Source of the DNA: Candidatus Krakonobacterium acarorum
GTDB lineage: Bacteria; Bacteroidota; Bacteroidia; SolTP2
NCBI GenBank assembly: GCA_050311575.1
Contig: JBNOKO010000001.1
Coordinates: 329,646-393,645 of the forward strand
Length of the DNA stretch: 64,000 nt
Direction: 5' to 3'
Shown here one piece after another: positions 57,334 through 64,000 of the stretch. The notes beneath the pieces are model-generated. The model did not search any database. It worked only from the letters and a program-made list of their open reading frames with translations, and had not been told where the DNA came from. The translations under genes were made by a program, and so were the position numbers. Position 1 is the stretch's first letter, and the number at the start of each line of letters is the position of its first letter.

Positions 57334-57906
57334 GTGAATTATCTGATAGTAGGATTGGGAAATTTTGGAAACGCATATAAAAACACCAGGCATAATATAG
57401 GATTTATGATTATAGATGATCTATCCTTACAATATGGGTTTACTTTTAAGGAATCTAAATATGCTTTTGAAGCTGAACATAATCTTGGGAACGTAATGGC
57501 TTATTTTATAAAACCAACCACTTATATGAACAATAGTGGTAAAGCTGTAGTCTACTATATGCAGCAATTGAAAATCTCTTTGGATAGGTTGTTGATTGTA
57601 GTTGATGATTTAGATTTTGATTTTGGTATATGTAAAATAAAACTCCAAGGGAGTTCAGGAGGGCATAATGGATTATTAAGTATAGAAGAAAAACTAGGAA
57701 CTCGTAAGTATGCAAGACTTAGGATGGGTATAGGCAGAAACTATTTGCCAGGAGAACAGGCAAATTATGTATTATCTGATTTTAGCACACAAGAGAAAGA
57801 GCATTTAAACGTATTTATTAAAAATGGATCTGGTATAGTCAGCCATATATTAGCAAATGGAACTCTATCAGCAATGAATATTTTTAATAAAAACAAACTG
57901 CTGTGA
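57334..57906 (+). CDS. pth: Peptidyl-tRNA hydrolase
   Basis: LIVGLGN, TRHNIGF, KPTTYMN.SG, VVDDLD, GGHNGL, RLRMGIG. Confidence 0.96.
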   Translation: MNYLIVGLGNFGNAYKNTRHNIGFMIIDDLSLQYGFTFKESKYAFEAEHNLGNVMAYFIKPTTYMNNSGKAVVYYMQQLKISLDRLLIVVDDLDFDFGICKIKLQGSSGGHNGLLSIEEKLGTRKYARLRMGIGRNYLPGEQANYVLSDFSTQEKEHLNVFIKNGSGIVSHILANGTLSAMNIFNKNKLL

Positions 57907-58545
57907 TTATTGACATATTGAAGCTTTCCACTTAGTTAATATTTCGTAATCTTCAGCGGTTATTTTATCTAAACGTTGAGCAGTATTAATTAGTGTATTA
58001 TAGTCGCATAAACTATGACAAATACAGTTAGTGCTTTCTAAAACATTTTTGCTGATAGGCAATAAATATGAAAATATACTAACTATACCAGCCACATGAA
58101 AATTATTCTCTTTTAATATATTAAAGACATTAATTGTACTTTTAGCTGTAGAAATTAGATCTTCTATTATTACGACGCGATCATTTGCGTTTAGGCGTCC
58201 TTCGATATTATTTTGTTTGCCATGCTCCTTTGCAGTAGGCCTAACATACGCAAAAGGTAATTCTAAAGCTTGAGCCACTAATATTCCGTGAGCTATACCA
58301 CCGGTTGCTACCCCAACTATTGCATTTACTGATCCCATTTCTTCAGTAATAAAATCCGAGATAGCTTGTCTAACGAAAGTACGAGCTCTATGGTTAGAGA
58401 GCAGGACTCTATTATCACAATATATTGGAGATTTTATTCCTGATGCCCAGGTTATAAGCTTATTCGTATGAAATGTAACTGCTTGTTCCTTTAATAAATA
58501 TTCAGCAATTTTATTAGATATTTCTTCTTTATGATATAATGACAT
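57907..58545 (-). CDS. pyrE: Orotate phosphoribosyltransferase
   Basis: WASGIKSPIYCDNR, GVATGGI, YVRPTAKEHG, VIIEDLIST. Confidence 0.95.
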   Translation of the reverse strand: MSLYHKEEISNKIAEYLLKEQAVTFHTNKLITWASGIKSPIYCDNRVLLSNHRARTFVRQAISDFITEEMGSVNAIVGVATGGIAHGILVAQALELPFAYVRPTAKEHGKQNNIEGRLNANDRVVIIEDLISTAKSTINVFNILKENNFHVAGIVSIFSYLLPISKNVLESTNCICHSLCDYNTLINTAQRLDKITAEDYEILTKWKASICQ

Positions 58546-58547
58546 AT

Positions 58548-59174
58548 ATGAATACCGTAAAAAATACTATAAAAATATATGCAGAAAAAAGCATTATTTT
58601 AATAGCAAATACTCCTAATTGTTTTAAAAACGATATAGTAAAAAATATAAACAATAAGATCTTATCAGATAGATCTATTGCTGAAATATTATGCAATAAC
58701 GATACACAAACTTATTTATTTACCTGTGAAAATCCTAAAGAAACACTTAACTATTTAAAAAAATCGTGTAATTATTTGCAAGCTGCAGGAGGCATAGTTA
58801 TGAACCAACTAAGTGAATATTTGCTAATATATAGGCGGGATCTCTGGGACTTACCTAAAGGTAAAGTTGAAGACAAAGAAAATCTACAGCAGGCTGCTAT
58901 AAGAGAGGTTCAAGAAGAAACAGGGATAAAAGCAAGTAATGTACTAAATTTTGTAACTAATACCTGGCATTGCTACCTATGCGATGATAAAATAACTTTA
59001 AAGGAAACATATTGGTATTTAATGTACGCAGATAAGCAGCAGCAAACAATACCACAGAAAGAAGAAAACATAACCCAGGTCCTATGGGCAAGCAAAGCAG
59101 AGACAAAAAAACTTATTGAAACCAAATCTTTTCCATTAATAGTAGACCTTATGATGCCGTATTTAAATAACTAA
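58548..59174 (+). CDS. NUDIX hydrolase
   Basis: AAGGIV, WDLPKGK, Nudix box GKVEDKENLQQAAIREVQEETGI; start 58548 or 58539. Confidence 0.88.
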   Translation: MNTVKNTIKIYAEKSIILIANTPNCFKNDIVKNINNKILSDRSIAEILCNNDTQTYLFTCENPKETLNYLKKSCNYLQAAGGIVMNQLSEYLLIYRRDLWDLPKGKVEDKENLQQAAIREVQEETGIKASNVLNFVTNTWHCYLCDDKITLKETYWYLMYADKQQQTIPQKEENITQVLWASKAETKKLIETKSFPLIVDLMMPYLNN

Positions 59175-59179
59175 CATAA

Positions 59180-60205
59180 ATGTTATCTGAAATAATATCA
59201 TATATAAATGCTATAAAAGCCAGGAAATTTCTACCTGTATATTTTTTATACGGTAGCGAAGGGTATTTTATTGAGCGTATTATAGATTGCTTAAAGAGTA
59301 CTTTATTTTCTAATATAGAAACTAAAGATATTGTTACCTTTACTAGTGTTGATACATCATGGCAGGAAATCATTTCTTATGCAAATCAATACTCATTATT
59401 CGGCGAAACAAGACTTTTAATAGTCAATAATGCTCAAAGTAAAAATTTTGTTAAGTTAACTAAGGATTTGCAGATATTAGTAAACTATCTAGAAACACCT
59501 AATAGCTCCACTATACTAACGATAATATATAATGACCAAGAATTACCAGCTAATAAATCTATCTTAAAATTATTAAAAGACTACTCTTATCTATTTAAGA
59601 TTGAAAAATTAAGCATAACAGAATTACGTAAGTTTATAGTAAAATATTTAGCCCGCAGGCAAATAAGTTTAGAACAAGATGCTATGGATTTTTTGATTGA
59701 TAGCACCAGCGATAACTTGAGTTCAGTAGTCAACGAACTAGATAAAATAATCCTTAACAATAAAGCAGGCAGCTGTGTTAGTTTTGATGATGTTAATAAA
59801 GTTATTGTTAACTCCCGCAATTTTAATGTGTTTGATTTTTGTAACGCAATTATTGTGAAAGACCCGGACAAAGCCTTATTAATGCTTAAGGAATTTGCTT
59901 TTGGAAAGGATTTTAATGCAATATATATTCTAGCAACTTTATACAAAGAGTTTACTAAGTTACTCGCTGTAAAAAATTATTTAGGCAATACTAATGCTTA
60001 TAGTGGTTATTATAAATCAAACTCTGAAGCTTATAACCAGGATAAGCTTAGGCAGATAATTCATCTGCTACGTGTCTACGATTTAAAAATTAAATATGGA
60101 TCGGACGAATCTACTAAATTGGCATATTTATACGAATTAATAACTTTTATTATCGCAGATTATGATAAAACTAATAGGTTTTTACAAAACCAGATAATAT
60201 TATGA
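59180..60205 (+). CDS. holA: DNA polymerase III subunit delta
   Basis: FLPVYFLYGSEGYFI, YSLFGETRLLIV, NELDK, FNVFDF. Confidence 0.85.
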   Translation: MLSEIISYINAIKARKFLPVYFLYGSEGYFIERIIDCLKSTLFSNIETKDIVTFTSVDTSWQEIISYANQYSLFGETRLLIVNNAQSKNFVKLTKDLQILVNYLETPNSSTILTIIYNDQELPANKSILKLLKDYSYLFKIEKLSITELRKFIVKYLARRQISLEQDAMDFLIDSTSDNLSSVVNELDKIILNNKAGSCVSFDDVNKVIVNSRNFNVFDFCNAIIVKDPDKALLMLKEFAFGKDFNAIYILATLYKEFTKLLAVKNYLGNTNAYSGYYKSNSEAYNQDKLRQIIHLLRVYDLKIKYGSDESTKLAYLYELITFIIADYDKTNRFLQNQIIL

Positions 60206-60314
60206 TAGCTGAGCCATTACCATAAAAATTAGTATAATGAGTCCATATACAAACACGTCCTTAACTTAAATAGTATAATCCTTTGTTAAAGTATTGTAAA
60301 CAAACATTGATCTG

Positions 60315-60338
60315 CTTATAGTTCAATAAAACTATAAG
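60315..60338. terminator. 9-bp AT-rich hairpin between convergent holA and dapD (putative terminator)
   Basis: CTTATAGTT (60315-60323) / AACTATAAG (60330-60338), 6-nt loop. Confidence 0.4.
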
Positions 60339-60477
60339 TTATATTATATCCTAATAATTTATTAGAACAGACTGATTTATATCACTTTTTTTAAGTTATA
60401 TATTATAATACCAATTTAAAGAAATATGACATCCTAATAATAATCCTTTATGTTTAGGAAATTAAATGTTAGTTTTT

Positions 60478-61302
60478 TTAAATGGATATTTTATAGTCTC
60501 TTAAGACATCGTTTAGGGATGTTTTCTTATCGGTACTTTCTTTGCGTTTGCCAATAATTAAGCTGCATGGTACGTTATAAGAGCCTCCAGGGAATTTTTT
60601 TTCATATGAGCCAGGGATAACGACTGACCTGGCAGGCACGATACCTTTGTATTCTTTTACTTCTTTTTGACTAACATCTATAATTTTTGTTGAAGCTGTA
60701 ATAACAGTATTGGCTCCCAGTACAGCTTCTGATTCTACATGTACACCTTCAACAATTATGCACCTTGAACCTACAAAGACTCCATCTTCAATTATTACCG
60801 GAGCAGCTTGGGGTGGTTCTAAAACTCCTCCTATGCCTACCCCGCCGCTTAAATGTACATTTTTACCTATTTGTGCGCATGACCCTACTGTAGCCCAAGT
60901 ATCTACCATAGTATTAGAGTCTACATATGCGCCTATGTTTACATATGATGGCATTAGTACGACACCTTTAGCCAGGTAAGAACCATATCTGGCAATTGCG
61001 CTTGGGACTACTCTATAACCTGAACCAACAAATTTATTTTTAAGCGGAATCCTATCATAAAATTTTAGATCGCCAGCTTTAATTTCTTTGTCTAAACCTT
61101 TATTTATTTGGAAATATAATAATATAGCTTTTTTTACCCATTCGTTAGTTTGCCACTTGCCATCAACGGGCTCGGCGACTCTTAATGTTCCATTGTCTAG
61201 TAGATCTATTACCTCGTTAATTACTGCGTGTTCTTTGGGGCTAATATCTTCTCTGTTAAGCCATAAGCGGTTAACGCCCTGCTCTAATATATTTATATCC
61301 AT
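60478..61302 (-). CDS. dapD: Tetrahydrodipicolinate N-succinyltransferase
   Basis: WVKKAILLYF, RVVPSA, MPSYVNIGAYVD, VDTWATVGSCAQIG, GGVLEPPQA, KTSLND. Confidence 0.97.
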   Translation of the reverse strand: MDINILEQGVNRLWLNREDISPKEHAVINEVIDLLDNGTLRVAEPVDGKWQTNEWVKKAILLYFQINKGLDKEIKAGDLKFYDRIPLKNKFVGSGYRVVPSAIARYGSYLAKGVVLMPSYVNIGAYVDSNTMVDTWATVGSCAQIGKNVHLSGGVGIGGVLEPPQAAPVIIEDGVFVGSRCIIVEGVHVESEAVLGANTVITASTKIIDVSQKEVKEYKGIVPARSVVIPGSYEKKFPGGSYNVPCSLIIGKRKESTDKKTSLNDVLRDYKISI

Positions 61303-61368
61303 TTTAGTGATAAGTTATAAACTGTTAAAAAATTTTAATCTATAAATTAGCTCGCGCTATTAATTTGT

Positions 61369-63143
<1,775 letters not shown>

Positions 63144-63163
63144 GAAATATAGATCGGTTATAT

Positions 63164-63505
63164 TTATTGTATAGATTCGTCTTCAATATCATTTTTATCT
63201 TCTGGAACTCTATAGTATAGTTTATCTTCTATAAATTCATTTACAGCAACTAGAGTTGGTTTGGGCAAGCGTTCGTAGTATTTTGCTACTTCTGTTTGCT
63301 CTTTATTTTCTAGCACCTCTTCTAAAGAATCTTCTGAATTTTTGAATGTAGATAGATCCCTGTGAATAGATTCTTTTAAATTTTTATTTAATTGATCAGC
63401 TCTTTTCGAAATAATAGCCAAAGATTCATAAAGATTGCCCGTGTTATTATCTAATTCTCTTAGATCTCTTGTTATAGTGTTATTAGGAATTTTATTTGTT
63501 GTCAT
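63164..63505 (-). CDS. rpoZ: RNA polymerase omega subunit (Bacteroidota type)
   Basis: TITRD, TGNLYES..IISKRA.Q, ENKEQ.E..KYYERLPKPTL; directly after bamD. Confidence 0.88.
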   Translation of the reverse strand: MTTNKIPNNTITRDLRELDNNTGNLYESLAIISKRADQLNKNLKESIHRDLSTFKNSEDSLEEVLENKEQTEVAKYYERLPKPTLVAVNEFIEDKLYYRVPEDKNDIEDESIQ

Positions 63506-63527
63506 GATGTATAGATGTATTACTTTT

Positions 63528-63535
63528 CAAAGTTA
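63528..63535 (-). promoter_or_regulatory. Bacteroidota -7 promoter element TAACTTTG for rpoZ-fur-purA
   Basis: Exact TAnnTTTG on the minus strand, 22 bp upstream of the rpoZ ATG. Confidence 0.6.
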
Positions 63536-63591
63536 GTAAATTATGATTTAATAACTATTTATTAAGGGATAGATTTTAGAGTGCTTTTTAG

Positions 63592-63999
63592 TTAGCTACT
63601 AATTATATTTTGATTTGATATTTCCCTGATTTCTTCTACCGCTTTTATATTTTTATTTAATGGGTACTTTTCTATGAATTCTTTGCATGATTCCAAGGTG
63701 CTAATAAACCTTTCACGCTGCTTGTTAGCGTGGCTGTTTGTAGCATAAATATACTTACTTTTAATTATCAAAAACTCTATTGTTTCTCTATATTTTGTGT
63801 CAGGATATTCTTTTAGTGCATTGTTTAGCGCAACGATTGCAGCTGGATATTTTCTAATTGTAAAAAATAGTTTAGCGTCTTCGAATGATTTTTTTTTCAA
63901 CCTTTCGTCTAAATTAGACATAAGATTATTGCATTCTTCAGCGTATTTGCTATTAGGATACAGAGAAAAAAACCAGTTTATCGCATTTATAGCTTCGTA
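63592..63999 (-). CDS. bamD: Outer membrane protein assembly factor BamD (C-terminal part; 5' end outside the window)
   Basis: Frame is open to the window edge: YEAINAINWFFSLYPNSKYAEECNNLMSNLDERLKKKSFEDAK...AAIVALNNALKEYPDTKYRE; precedes rpoZ. Confidence 0.88.
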   Translation of the reverse strand, partial: YEAINAINWFFSLYPNSKYAEECNNLMSNLDERLKKKSFEDAKLFFTIRKYPAAIVALNNALKEYPDTKYRETIEFLIIKSKYIYATNSHANKQRERFISTLESCKEFIEKYPLNKNIKAVEEIREISNQNIISS

Positions 64000-64000
64000 A

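Overview
AT-rich (roughly 30% GC by eye), densely packed core-chromosome segment of a Bacteroidota bacterium. The assignment rests on T9SS genes sprA and porT, gldC, Bacteroidota-type spt, rpoZ, purM and IleRS, and TAnnTTTG(C) -7 promoter elements. I count about 53 CDS and 2 tRNAs (Asn-GTT, Leu-TAG). Almost all are housekeeping genes: nrdJ, maeB, ruvA, dxs, ileS, mfd, ligA, tyrS, pur/pyr/dap genes, xerC, accA, fur, bamD. I see no prophage, transposase, CRISPR array or defence system. Tiny intergenic gaps, overlapping genes, broken conserved operons and eroded motifs suggest a reduced, probably host-associated genome; a Solitalea-like arthropod symbiont is a guess that cannot be tested here. 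Best leads: (1) a surface-lipoprotein metzincin protease with a CBM32/F5-8C-like domain, sitting inside the otherwise conserved maeB-ruvA-sprA-gcvH block and flanked by AT-rich inverted repeats; (2) an spt / extended-SDR (CerR-like) / bactofilin operon; (3) head-to-head gene pairs separated by only 2-36 bp, several with central palindromes; (4) a PdxA that has lost a metal-ligand His and a conserved Asp; (5) an orphan promoter plus hairpin that may encode a small RNA. No complete novel system can be demonstrated from the sequence alone.
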